Source: an uncultured Candidatus Binatia bacterium
Lineage (GTDB): Bacteria > Desulfobacterota > Binatia > UBA9968 > CAXXLF01
Length of the DNA stretch: 64,000 nucleotides
Direction: 5' to 3'
Assembly (NCBI GenBank): GCA_965218425.1
Contig: OZ244621.1
Span: forward strand, 56,187-120,186
Below the pieces are notes generated by a model. The model ran no database searches and was not told the origin of the DNA. It was given only the letters and a program-made list of their open reading frames with translations. The translations under genes and the position numbers were made by a program. Numbering within the stretch: position 1 is the stretch's first letter; each line of letters starts with the position of its first letter. Below, in pieces: positions 31,620 to 41,492 of the stretch.

Positions 31620-32612
31620 CTATATTTTAAACGGGTCCAAGCAGCTGGGTGCGAAGAGCTTTTCGAGGTCCAGTCTCTTTTTTATCAAGCCTTGTTCCAG
31701 GAGGTAGGACTGAAGGGTCTCCAAGGCATGCTGGTTGGCGGTAAACCCGTAGGGCCAGTAGTCCTCTCCCATGAGGAGCCTGGTCTCTTCATAATCCGCC
31801 AGAGTCCATGGCAGACTGGTGTAGAGAACGTTAGAATCGTAGATTTTACTAAAGCAGAGATCCTTTGCCGCACAAAAGGCCTTGTAAAGGCTCTGGGCGA
31901 CCCAGGGAGCCTTTTCATAGACGCCCATACGAATCACCACTAGATGCATGAGAGGGAAAATCCCCGTCTTGCGAAAATAATCCATCTCGACTCGCTTGTA
32001 GTCGGGAAAGAGCCTGCGGACCTTTGGCGAGCCGCTAAGAAAGCAGGAAGGCATACGCGGTGACATCAAGGCGTCTATCTCGCCACTCTCAATCATCGAG
32101 TTAAGAGTTCTATCGTCGGGAATGACCTTTAATCGAATTTTGGGAGGCAGATCGAAGTCGACCCTGTCCTTGCGCCCTGGCTGTTCCTCACCACCCTGAA
32201 ACCAGTGTATTTCTTCGGGGGCGACTCCGTATTCATGCTGCAAAAGCCCTCTGAGCCAGACGGACGCTGTCATGGTGTACTCCGGCACTCCTACGCGCTT
32301 TCCTTTCAAATCTTGCGGCCGTTCAATGCCGGCAGAGGAGTTGATGAAAATGCAGCGGTGTCGGAAGGTCCGCGAAGGAAAGACCGGTATGGCCGTGAAC
32401 GGACACCGCCCCTGTGCGGCAGCAACCAGAAAGGCCCCCAGGGACAATTCCGCAATATCGAAATCCTCATAGCGGAGCATACGCCAGAAGATCTCCTCTA
32501 CGGGAAGCGCCAGATAGGTGAGGTCAATCCCCTCGGGTTTTATGGCGCCGTCACGCAGGGCTCGAGTGCGGTCATAGTCCTCACAAGCCAATGTGAGATT
32601 TAACTCGCTCAT
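31620..32612 (-). CDS. 4,5-dihydroxyphthalate decarboxylase-like protein (OphC/Pht5 family)
   Basis: LTLAC.DYDRTRAL, IPVFPSR.FRH, GVPEY..TA, IFP.MH, DYWPYG motifs. Confidence 0.85.
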   Translation of the reverse strand: MSELNLTLACEDYDRTRALRDGAIKPEGIDLTYLALPVEEIFWRMLRYEDFDIAELSLGAFLVAAAQGRCPFTAIPVFPSRTFRHRCIFINSSAGIERPQDLKGKRVGVPEYTMTASVWLRGLLQHEYGVAPEEIHWFQGGEEQPGRKDRVDFDLPPKIRLKVIPDDRTLNSMIESGEIDALMSPRMPSCFLSGSPKVRRLFPDYKRVEMDYFRKTGIFPLMHLVVIRMGVYEKAPWVAQSLYKAFCAAKDLCFSKIYDSNVLYTSLPWTLADYEETRLLMGEDYWPYGFTANQHALETLQSYLLEQGLIKKRLDLEKLFAPSCLDPFKI

Positions 32613-32910
32613 ACCTCAATTCTACTCGCTCCGCTTTTTCTTTGGTGGCAGTGGTTCGATCTTGGAAAGCAAGCAAGTTGGAAACAATAACAACCACAAA
32701 AAAGGAATGTCAAGGAACCTGAATTTTGCCAAGCGATAGAGAGGCATCCTACCGGATTCTATATCTAGCCTCTTCTTGCCGCGTGCCATTCCCTATGGCT
32801 TAATATGATCAGCCTTAGCCATTGCATGGGAACAGGGTCAAGCCCCATTCTGGAAGAAGGGATTTTGGATTGGTTAGAGTTAGCAATGCAAAACCATGGG
32901 AGTCTACACT

Positions 32911-34088
32911 ATGGCTGACGGAGTAAACCATATGGATCGGTTTCTCGCCCATCTTGACTCACGGGAGCTTCTGCTTGAGTTGAACTGAGAGGAGTGGCTC
33001 GACGTTTCAACACCCTACCCGCAGGTCAATTTTTCCACCCATGAAGTCACGGTTCGGTTCGAAAGAAACGGCTACCCATGGGACATGCACGGGTCGTTTT
33101 ACACCCCGGCGAAGGAAATCGATCCAACGAAAGCGTTCGTGATGTTCCACGGCGGTGCGGGCAGCGAGAAGATCATGGACCTGACCCCCGATGGCCGGCC
33201 CGGTCTTGCACGGGTGATTGCCGCGCAGGGCCTTAAAACCTTGAACCTGACCTACCCCGGCCATTATCCCCCCGGCGGAGTCTGGCGGACGCCGGTACCG
33301 GACCGAATGCCCATCTATCTTCTGGATGAAGAACCGTCCTTGGAAGAAATATTCGATCGAAACTTGAAGTGTACCTTTAATACCATTATGCAAGGTGCTG
33401 GATTACTGGTGGATAATCATCTTTCCGGTCGTCGTATAATAGCCTTTGGGCATTCCACCGGCGGTCCCATGGCGGCTCATCTAACACGCTTTACCAAGAG
33501 GACGAAGGTGATCGGGCTTGTGGGTTTTGGCAGCGACGGACCGGACGGTTGGCGCAAAGAGTGGAGGGATAAAACAGGCGTGGAGCGGTACCATGAAGTC
33601 CCCTTGGAGAAGATCTCGCGGCGCTCACCCCAGAGTTTTCGAGAAGCGAAATATGAAGATCCCCAGGACCTGACCCCTTGGGGAGGGGCGGAGGAATACA
33701 TCGAACTGGTCTGTAACATTCGTTCGCAGATGAAGACCAGCCTCTGTGACAATCAGCATAATGGAGCCGTGGGCATTCAGAACAATACCCAAAGCGGACT
33801 GGACTTCCTCGCGAAGAGTACTTCGATCATCTCAAGGATCCGGATTGGTTAAAGACAATAAGCGTGCTGCTTGTGGTCGGTGAAAATGACAAGGGACACT
33901 GGGTCAAAGGGGATCGGATCGAGGACAAACGGGAAATGTTCATGGCACGAAAATACGCCGCCGTTACCCGAAGCACTCATCTAGTCCTGATCCCGCGCTA
34001 CGGTCACGTCGGCTACGCGGAACTCCACAACGAAAAGATCGCCTACCTCTGGCTGTGGGCGGCTAAAGCTGGGGGCTTTGATTCTTAG
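32911..34088 (+). pseudogene. Alpha/beta-hydrolase-fold gene with a nonsense codon and a frameshift
   Basis: ATG 32911 is in frame with ORF 33085 across TGA 32986-32988. GHSTGG nucleophile elbow present. A frameshift at ~33778 joins to EQYPKRTG...VLLVVGEND...YGH. Confidence 0.75.
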
Positions 34089-34125
34089 ACAGTGTGCCAC
34101 TCCACCTGCATCCCATCAATTGGCG

Positions 34126-35208
34126 TCAAGCAGTGGAGTAGCCTGCATCCTCGAATTGCCGGCGAGGCATTCGCTCCGGGTGTTCAGGGAATTTTGACGT
34201 CAACTGACCGCACGCCGCGTAGATGTCCCTACCCATCGTTTTTCTGACCAGGGCATGGGCGCCGAGGCGGATCAACTCGTTTTTGAACTGAAGCACGGTT
34301 TGTTGGCTTGGTCGGGCATAGTCCGCATCCGGATGTTCGTTAAACGGGATGAGATTGATCTTGTTGGGCACCGACCGAGTCAGCCGAAACAGTTGACGTG
34401 CATGTGCCACAGAATCGTTCAAACCCTTGAGGAGCACGTATTCAAACGTTACCCGCTCCCCCGACTCTTCCGCATGGCCACGGCAGGCCTCGAGTAACTG
34501 TCTGATGGGATACTTCTTGTTGATGGGCATGACGGCGGAACGTATCTCATCGTTAGAGCCGTTCAAGCTCACCGCAAGCCGGGCGCCCGATTGGGTAACC
34601 AATGGGATAAGGGGTACCAGACCTGAAGTGGACACGGTGATCTTTTTTCGCGAAAATTTGATACCCACACCTTCCGTCAGTATTTTTATGGCTGAGAAAA
34701 CCGCTTCCGGATTATCAAGGGGCTCACCCATTCCCATGAATACCATGTTGGTCATGCGCTTTCCCGCCGGCACCACCTCCCTCGCCCGAACAAACTGACT
34801 GACGATTTGACTTACGGATAATCGCTTTGCGAGCAATCGCTTGCCGGTGAAGCAAAACTTACAGGCCAGGTTGCAACCTACCTCGGTGGACAGACAAAGG
34901 GTCAACCGCTCCTCTGCCGGGATCAGCACTGCTTCCACTGTCTGGTCATTGCCCACATCCAACAAGATCTTGATCGTACCGTCTCTGCTTTCGACTCTTT
35001 CGACTACCTGGGGATAATCAAAGTAAAATAGGTTTTTCAGTTCAGCTCGAAAGGCAATGGACAGGTTCGACATCTCATTGAAATCTTCCACGCCCTTTTG
35101 ATAGACCCACTGGTAGAGCTGCTGAGCACGAAACCTCTCTTTCCCAAGGCCCGCCAAACTCTCTCTCAATTGTTCAAGAGTCAGATCGTAAAAATTCAAT
35201 GCCGACAA
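34126..35208 (-). CDS. rlmN: 23S rRNA (adenine-2503-C2)-methyltransferase, radical SAM
   Basis: CNLACKFC, MGMGEP, TVSTSG, NLIPFN, AACGQL motifs. Confidence 0.95.
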   Translation of the reverse strand: MSALNFYDLTLEQLRESLAGLGKERFRAQQLYQWVYQKGVEDFNEMSNLSIAFRAELKNLFYFDYPQVVERVESRDGTIKILLDVGNDQTVEAVLIPAEERLTLCLSTEVGCNLACKFCFTGKRLLAKRLSVSQIVSQFVRAREVVPAGKRMTNMVFMGMGEPLDNPEAVFSAIKILTEGVGIKFSRKKITVSTSGLVPLIPLVTQSGARLAVSLNGSNDEIRSAVMPINKKYPIRQLLEACRGHAEESGERVTFEYVLLKGLNDSVAHARQLFRLTRSVPNKINLIPFNEHPDADYARPSQQTVLQFKNELIRLGAHALVRKTMGRDIYAACGQLTSKFPEHPERMPRRQFEDAGYSTA

Positions 35209-35395
35209 TGATAAATCTCCAGAATCATTGGAATAAAGTTATTTATGCCACAGCATGGCCCCGCGGGCAATACAACGATTACCCGGGGGCAGGCTGTTCC
35301 TCCCCTGGATGGGATAATTACGAGCCGGTGGAATCGTTGGGCAGGTGGACTGTCAGAATCTAGCAAGAAGCCAATGGTTCCTGAAAACAATAACC

Positions 35396-36376
35396 CTATA
35401 GCTTGAATACTTGCCTGGCGTTGTCCTCGAAGATCAACTTCTTTTGACCCGCTTCCAGCCAGCTGATTCTCTCTACGGCCGGCCGTAGGTCGTCCAACAT
35501 CCGGCCTTCGTGCTGGAAGGTGCCACGGCCGGGTGTCTCCGTGCCGAACAGCACGCGATCCGGTCCAACCACCTTGATCAGAAGTTCCAGCGCCTCCTGG
35601 GTGTACAGCGTTCCATCAAACCACAGCTTGCGGTAGCCGTCGAGGAATGAACCGTTGTACTTGGACCCGTACATGGCGCCCGCGCCACGCCCCGGAGGGG
35701 TCAGGTGACGCCCGATTTGGTATGGTGTGGCACCTCCGCCGTGGCAGAGGATCAGCTTCAGCTTCGGGTGCTGTTCCAGTACTCCTCCATAGACCAGCGT
35801 CGGCCCGGAGATACTCTCCTCCACCGTCTGGCCAACCAGATACGAGGTCCGGTTGCGGAGGTAACGTGGACCCGTCAAGTACGCTCCGTGCAGAAACAGC
35901 GGCACGTCCAGCGCCACCGCCTTCTCCCATAACGGCACCCAGTAGTCGTCGTCCAAGGGCTGCATGGTATCGTTACCCTTGGGATTGGGGTTCACGATTG
36001 CCCCTACCATACCGAGCTCGCGTACGGCGCGCTCAAGCTCCTGTACGGATGCCTCCAGGTCTGCCTGCGGTAGTGTAGCCAGGCCGCGAAATCGGTCCTG
36101 CTTGCGGGAAACCGCTTCGCTCAGCACGTTGTTGAATACCCGGGCCCATGGGATGCTGATGTAAGGGTTCTCATTGTGGAGCATAGACACAGGCCGGATA
36201 CTCAGAATTTGCATGTCGATACCTCGCTCGTCCATGCACTTGAGGTTGGTCTCGTTCTCATCGTCGATGCCACGTACCGGTTTTGCCGTGTCCGGGATAT
36301 TGCGCAGGCTCACGGTGGTCCAGAAGAACTCTCTTAAACCAGGAGCCATCCAATGGCCATGCATATCGATAATCAT
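35396..36376 (-). CDS. Amidohydrolase_2 family, LigY/LigJ-like (third paralogue)
   Basis: IDMHGH, QILSIRP, HGGGATPYQIGR, FGTETPG motifs. Confidence 0.85.
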   Translation of the reverse strand: MIIDMHGHWMAPGLREFFWTTVSLRNIPDTAKPVRGIDDENETNLKCMDERGIDMQILSIRPVSMLHNENPYISIPWARVFNNVLSEAVSRKQDRFRGLATLPQADLEASVQELERAVRELGMVGAIVNPNPKGNDTMQPLDDDYWVPLWEKAVALDVPLFLHGAYLTGPRYLRNRTSYLVGQTVEESISGPTLVYGGVLEQHPKLKLILCHGGGATPYQIGRHLTPPGRGAGAMYGSKYNGSFLDGYRKLWFDGTLYTQEALELLIKVVGPDRVLFGTETPGRGTFQHEGRMLDDLRPAVERISWLEAGQKKLIFEDNARQVFKL

Positions 36377-36794
36377 CTTTCTTCTCCTTTCAGTCGGTAA
36401 CTCACAGATTCGGCGCCTGTCGGCACAAAGTTAATTTTGCTTCTCTTCGCCCGCCAAGTGCTACCTAGCACACAAGCTTGAGGGTGGACAAGAGCAATTC
36501 CTTGTGGGTGACGGCCTGCAATACCCCTCGTCCATAATGGGGGATGGCTGGTCGTTTTGGCGATTTCCCCTCCGCAATCAAAACCTTCAGTATGTTGACA
36601 CCCCATTCATGCTCGGACGGCTTCCCAAAAAGCATTGGGTCATAGGTTTAGGTAGGCGATGGATTTATCACACACATGGAGTGCCATCAGAAAATCAGGC
36701 GGCTTCCCGGGGATTAAGGAGGAACCCATGAATGGGCATGGGGATCTGCGCGACTTTATCAACCATCGGGGGCAGGTCATTGGCGCGAAAAACT

Positions 36795-37481
36795 CTATCG
36801 GTCCTGGAAAGCCCTTCTGGCCCGATCAAATATGGCATGGAACATCTCCCAGGTTAGCTTGCCCGTAAAGGTATTTTGTTGGCTGGGATGATAGGAGGCA
36901 ATGAGAGTCAGCTTGCTATTCAACTGGACGGTCGCCCCATGACCGAATCCAGGGCGAGGTTTAAGTCGGGTGCCCCCGTTATCCCAGTGAGCTTTTAGAA
37001 AGGAATCAAAAGCGATCTTTCCCAGAGCAATGACGACTCTCATTTGCCTTAAGAAAAGAAGCTCCCGGGCCAGGTAGGGTTGGCAGTTCTCAAACTCTTC
37101 TCTCAGGGGTTTGTTTGCCGGCGGGGCGCAGCGTACCGCGGCCGTGACGTAACAGTTTGTTAGCTGAAGTCCGTCCTTGCGGTGGTCCGAGTTAAGTTGA
37201 TTGGCGAAACCATATTTATGAAGCGCCCCGTACAACCAGTCTCCGCTCCGGTCACCCGTGAAGACCCTGCCAGTTCGATTTCCCCCGTGAGCCGCCGGCG
37301 CCAGCCCCACAACGAGAAGCCGTGCCCTTGGATCCCCAAATCCCGGGATCGGTTTTGCCCAGTAATTCTCCCCACGATACCGCCGGGGAGGATCCTTTGA
37401 TACCTGCTCACGCCAGCGCACCAACCGTGGACACCTGTGACATCGGATAATGGAGTTTTGCAGTTTCGTCAACGATTCCAT
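36795..37481 (-). CDS. Uracil-DNA glycosylase family 5 (UdgB-like, Fe-S)
   Basis: C.RCPRL, GLAPAAHGGNRTGR.FTGD, RCAPP.NKP, YHPSQQN motifs. Confidence 0.92.
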   Translation of the reverse strand: MESLTKLQNSIIRCHRCPRLVRWREQVSKDPPRRYRGENYWAKPIPGFGDPRARLLVVGLAPAAHGGNRTGRVFTGDRSGDWLYGALHKYGFANQLNSDHRKDGLQLTNCYVTAAVRCAPPANKPLREEFENCQPYLARELLFLRQMRVVIALGKIAFDSFLKAHWDNGGTRLKPRPGFGHGATVQLNSKLTLIASYHPSQQNTFTGKLTWEMFHAIFDRARRAFQDR

Positions 37482-37641
37482 TGCAATTCGCCTTCTTGCT
37501 AGCACATTGCCATTTGCCGTTACCAGGCCGTTGCCCCAGGGGACGTAGATATCATTGAGCCACCAAGCATAGGAATGGATGGCTCAACCCTCAGACAAGT
37601 GCGAATTTTGACGCCATGAGTTCTCAAAATCAATAGTTTCC

Positions 37642-37672
37642 TTGACGCCTTAAGAGTCCTTTGCTATAGAAT
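37642..37672 (+). promoter_or_regulatory. Putative sigma70 promoter of the complex II operon
   Basis: TTGACG-N17-TATAGA with TG extension, upstream of RBS AAGGAG and GTG at 37696. Confidence 0.5.
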
Positions 37673-37695
37673 CCAGGAAAGGAGAACCGAGTTAA

Positions 37696-39321
37696 GTGAA
37701 TGAATATGACGTCCTGGTGATCGGTGGAGGTGCCGCGGGACTGAGGACGGCCCTTGCCGCCAAAAGTGCCGGGGCTTCTGTTGGCCTGATAACAAAGGTT
37801 CATCCGTTAAGGACTAATTCGGCCCTCGCGCAGGGTGGCCTCAATGCCCCCTTGGGCAAGGATGATTCCACAGACAGTTACGTTACCGATACCCTCGCGG
37901 CGGGAGACGGTTTGTGTGAAGCCGACGTCGTGCGCATCCTCGCCCAGGAAGCCTCCAACGAAGTCTTCTGGCTCGAGCACATGGGAGTTCCCTTCAACCG
38001 AAGCCAAGGGAACCAGCTGGCGCTTCGTCCTTTTGGGGCGAACAGTCGAAATCGAACCTGCCATGCGGATGATCGGTCCGGGCACATTGTCCTCCAAGTG
38101 CTTCATGAACAGTATCAGCGGGAGCAAATTCCTTCCTTTGAAGAGTGGTTCGTGACCTCTTTGGTGATTGATGACGGAACCTGCCGGGGGGCCATAGCGC
38201 TTAATCTGAGGTCGGGAAAATTTGATCTGTTCCCCGCAGGCGCCGTGGTGCTCGCCACAGGTGGCTTTACCCGGACGTACAGTCCCTCAACGGTGTCAAT
38301 CGGAACCACCGGCGACGGGCAGGAGCTCGCCTACAGGGCTGGGGCACGCCTCATGGACATGGAGCTGATTCAGTATCATCCAACTGTTTATCCCGGGAAA
38401 CAGGGACTTTTGATCACCGAGGCGGTGTTAAGTGAAGAGGCGGTTATTGCCAACGACAAAGGAAACAAGCTCGAACAGTCCAAGAATGTACCCCGGGACA
38501 AGATCTGTTCGGCCATGAATGACATGATGCAAAACGGGTCTGGTTCCGTCTTGCTGGATCTGAAACCCATGGGTAAAGAGAAATTATTATCGCAGTTTCC
38601 GCAAACCCATGAGCTGGTGCGCGCGGTTGCCGGCCTGGATTTGACCCAGGAAGCCGTGCCCATTCGTCCGGTGGCCCACCGCCCTATGGGGGGCATCGAA
38701 ACCGATCATGCGGGGCAAACCTCTATCGCCGGACTGTCCGCCGTCGGAGAGTGCGCATGTAACGGGTTAAATGGCGCGGGCCGCCTGGCGGGAAATACTT
38801 TGACGGAGTCGGTGGTCTTCGGCAAAAGAGTCGGAGAAGCGGCTGCTATTTATGCGAAGGGCGCGCAAAAGAAAAACATTCCTAGCGCTCGGTTGTCCGA
38901 CGAAGAGAAACGGGTTGCCCGGATTATCTCGGGACAATCGGCTCAGGATTCTTCAGGAAAGATTCATACGGAACTGGGTGAGTTGATGAACGGAAAGGTC
39001 GGGCTAGTGCGTGACGGTGCGGCAATCCAAGAAGCCTTGAATCATATTCAAAACCTAAGGGAGCGTTACTCGAAGCTGGGTGTGAAGAACCCGTCCAAGA
39101 TTTTTAACTACGAACTCACCACGTATCTTGAGCTCGGCTCTATGTTAAAAATGGCGGAGGCGGTGACCCTGGCCGCTCAGGCCCGCACGGAGAGTCGTGG
39201 GGCCCATGCTCGGGTGGATTTCCCCAAGAAAGATGACGCCAATTGGAAAGCTCACACTTTAATTCGGTTGGTAGACGGTTCACCGAAACTGGAAAGTAAA
39301 CCGGTTGGCCGCACAGGGTAA
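37696..39321 (+). CDS. Succinate dehydrogenase/fumarate reductase flavoprotein paralogue lacking the covalent-FAD His
   Basis: GGGAAG, QYHPT, PRD, AH..MGG, GRLAGN, ESRGAH motifs; RTNS..AQGG replaces RSH...AQGG. Confidence 0.88.
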   Translation: MNEYDVLVIGGGAAGLRTALAAKSAGASVGLITKVHPLRTNSALAQGGLNAPLGKDDSTDSYVTDTLAAGDGLCEADVVRILAQEASNEVFWLEHMGVPFNRSQGNQLALRPFGANSRNRTCHADDRSGHIVLQVLHEQYQREQIPSFEEWFVTSLVIDDGTCRGAIALNLRSGKFDLFPAGAVVLATGGFTRTYSPSTVSIGTTGDGQELAYRAGARLMDMELIQYHPTVYPGKQGLLITEAVLSEEAVIANDKGNKLEQSKNVPRDKICSAMNDMMQNGSGSVLLDLKPMGKEKLLSQFPQTHELVRAVAGLDLTQEAVPIRPVAHRPMGGIETDHAGQTSIAGLSAVGECACNGLNGAGRLAGNTLTESVVFGKRVGEAAAIYAKGAQKKNIPSARLSDEEKRVARIISGQSAQDSSGKIHTELGELMNGKVGLVRDGAAIQEALNHIQNLRERYSKLGVKNPSKIFNYELTTYLELGSMLKMAEAVTLAAQARTESRGAHARVDFPKKDDANWKAHTLIRLVDGSPKLESKPVGRTG

Positions 39322-39341
39322 AGACAGAGGAGGAGGATTCC

Positions 39342-40298
39342 ATGGAAGTTACTTTTAAAGTTTATCGTAAGGATCCGGAGAAAGACAACAAGCCGGGACA
39401 CTCCAATTACACCGTGGACGTCGCAGAGGACAACACTGTGATGGACGGGCTACTCAAGATCCGGGATGAGCAGGATGGCACCCTCGCGTTCCGTGCATCT
39501 TGTCTCCGCGGTTATTGTGGTGAGTGCACTGTACGCGTGAACGGCAAAGGCTGTTTCGCCTGTACCGCCAGGGTAAAGACATTTACCCAAAAAGGCCCTG
39601 AGATCCAACTTGACCCGCTCCGTAACATGCCCATTATCAAGGACCTGGTTTACGACTGGGACGCATTTCTGTGGGATAAGATCAAAGCGGTTCAACCCTG
39701 GCTGGAACCGGGCGAACCGGTTTCCAATGGAGACTCGGTCACCGAGAAGGAGATGCAGGATCTACGGCATGTGATGAGTTGTTATTACTGTGGTCTCTGT
39801 GATGAGGGATGCACCCTTCTTCCAGTGGACTTTGATTTTCTGGGGCCGGCGGCATTGACTAAGGGATATCGATTCGCATTCGACCCAAGGGATACCGCCG
39901 GAAAGGATCGTCTAAAGGTCCTCGAGCAGTCCAAAGGGGTCTGGGACTGCGTCCACTGTTTCGAGGCCACTGAACACTGCCCCAGGGGCATCGACCCGAC
40001 AAAGCGGATTATGGCTATAAGGGACAAGGCCTTCAAAGTTGGCATTAGCAATGAGAGAGTCGCGCGGCATCACAAGAGCTTTGCAGCTTCTGTCAAGGAA
40101 AGCGGATGGTTGGACGAAGGGCGGCTTGCGGTGGAATCTGAAGGCCTGACCAACGTGAAGGGTCTAGCAGGGCTTCTCCCCACAGCCGCAAGGGCTTTGG
40201 TTAGAGGAAAGGCCCCTATTCCCTATATGCACGCGAAAAGGCCTGGGGCCGACCGAATCAAGCGGATATTTGAAAAAGGAGAAAAGGAGAAGAAATGA
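39342..40298 (+). CDS. SdhB-like iron-sulfur subunit with a C-terminal extension (type E-like)
   Basis: C....CGEC...C; CYYCGLCDEGC; CVHCFEATEHCP; extension of about 80 aa. Confidence 0.9.
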   Translation: MEVTFKVYRKDPEKDNKPGHSNYTVDVAEDNTVMDGLLKIRDEQDGTLAFRASCLRGYCGECTVRVNGKGCFACTARVKTFTQKGPEIQLDPLRNMPIIKDLVYDWDAFLWDKIKAVQPWLEPGEPVSNGDSVTEKEMQDLRHVMSCYYCGLCDEGCTLLPVDFDFLGPAALTKGYRFAFDPRDTAGKDRLKVLEQSKGVWDCVHCFEATEHCPRGIDPTKRIMAIRDKAFKVGISNERVARHHKSFAASVKESGWLDEGRLAVESEGLTNVKGLAGLLPTAARALVRGKAPIPYMHAKRPGADRIKRIFEKGEKEKK

Positions 40299-41176
40299 AA
40301 TACGCTTTTTATCCTGGTTGCGTTTCCCGTGGCGGGTGCCCGGAGCTTTATCCGTCGGCCGTGAAAGTTTCAGACGCGTTGGGGATTGAACTGGAGGAGA
40401 TGAAGGATGTGGCCTGCACGGGCGCCGGGGTTCTCCCCCAGTACGTCTCCGACCCAATTAATGCCCGCACCTTTGCCAAGGCGGAAAAAATGGGTCATTC
40501 AATCATGACCATTTGCAGCACCTGCCAGGGTGTGATGCTTCAGGCCAATTACAGGCTCAAAAATGATCCAGATTATCGAGCCATGATCAACAAAGAATAC
40601 CTTGCAGAGGAGGGGCTCGAGTACAAAGGAACCATCGAGGTCAAGCATCTCCTCTGGGTTATCTTTGAAGACTACGGCATTGAGCGTCTAAAGTCTTTGA
40701 TCAAAAAACCCCTTAATGGGCTCAGAGTATCCCCTTTTTATGGTTGTTTCTTGCGCCGGCCTCCCGAGGTTGTTGTCCCCACGAAGGCAGAGGCTGCAAG
40801 AAAAACTTATTTGAATGATTTGATAAGGATTCTAGGCGCCGAGTGCGTGGACTTCAGTGGCATGGGCAAGTGCTGTGGCTTTCCCATTTTAACGGCTAAC
40901 GAACAAAACTCCCTCGCAATGGTTGGAAAGCATACAGGTGAGGCAAAGGATAAAGGGGCGGACTGTATGCTTACTCCGTGCCCCCTCTGTCACCTGAACT
41001 TGGATGGGAACCAATCCAAAGCGGCGCAACAAGAGGGAAAAGATATCGGACTGCCCATAATCCATTTACCTCAATTCCTGGCCATGGCCCTTGGCTTTGA
41101 CACAAAAGACCTGGACTTGAAACGGCACCTTGTCTCAGCGGATACAGTCGAATCCAAGGTGAACATGCTTACCTAG
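40295..41176 (+). CDS. CCG-domain subunit (HdrB-like, type E complex II anchor)
   Basis: YPGC, CSTC, YGC, CCG, CPLCHLNLD motifs. Confidence 0.9.
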   Translation: MKYAFYPGCVSRGGCPELYPSAVKVSDALGIELEEMKDVACTGAGVLPQYVSDPINARTFAKAEKMGHSIMTICSTCQGVMLQANYRLKNDPDYRAMINKEYLAEEGLEYKGTIEVKHLLWVIFEDYGIERLKSLIKKPLNGLRVSPFYGCFLRRPPEVVVPTKAEAARKTYLNDLIRILGAECVDFSGMGKCCGFPILTANEQNSLAMVGKHTGEAKDKGADCMLTPCPLCHLNLDGNQSKAAQQEGKDIGLPIIHLPQFLAMALGFDTKDLDLKRHLVSADTVESKVNMLT

Positions 41177-41285
41177 GAACCCCTCGGTGGATAGCCTTGG
41201 CTTATCTTGTGCTTGCCGGGTCGTAATCGTGCGCCGCCCCGGCATTCAAACCAAGGGTTATCGCCAGACAGACAAATCGTAGCTC

Positions 41286-41489
41286 ATGACCGTGGAAAAT
41301 AAATCACCTAACCCCGTGAGCCTCGCCCGTGAGATTATGCGGTTCCACAAAGAAAAACACCCGTACGGTCGTAACTACGCGGTTCGAGTCCGGCTAGGTC
41401 ACGCTGAGATTCAGGACGTGACTGCCGTTGCAGAGATTCTTTCGGCAATTAAAGAGCTCGGGTATGAGGTGGTGAAGAGGAACAAGTAA
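41286..41489 (+). CDS. Small hypothetical protein
   Basis: 67-aa ORF ending 3 nt before frdA on the same strand. Confidence 0.6.
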   Translation: MTVENKSPNPVSLAREIMRFHKEKHPYGRNYAVRVRLGHAEIQDVTAVAEILSAIKELGYEVVKRNK

Positions 41490-41492
41490 GGA

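Noticed and set aside
32986-32988. In-frame TGA in the alpha/beta hydrolase gene as a possible selenocysteine
   Set aside because: No convincing downstream hairpin, no redox-motif context, and the gene has a separate frameshift; nonsense decay is simpler.
36716-36790. RBS plus MNGHGDLRDFI, resembling a UbiD-family start
   Set aside because: Only about 12 suggestive codons before it runs into the UDG gene; too short to support a call.
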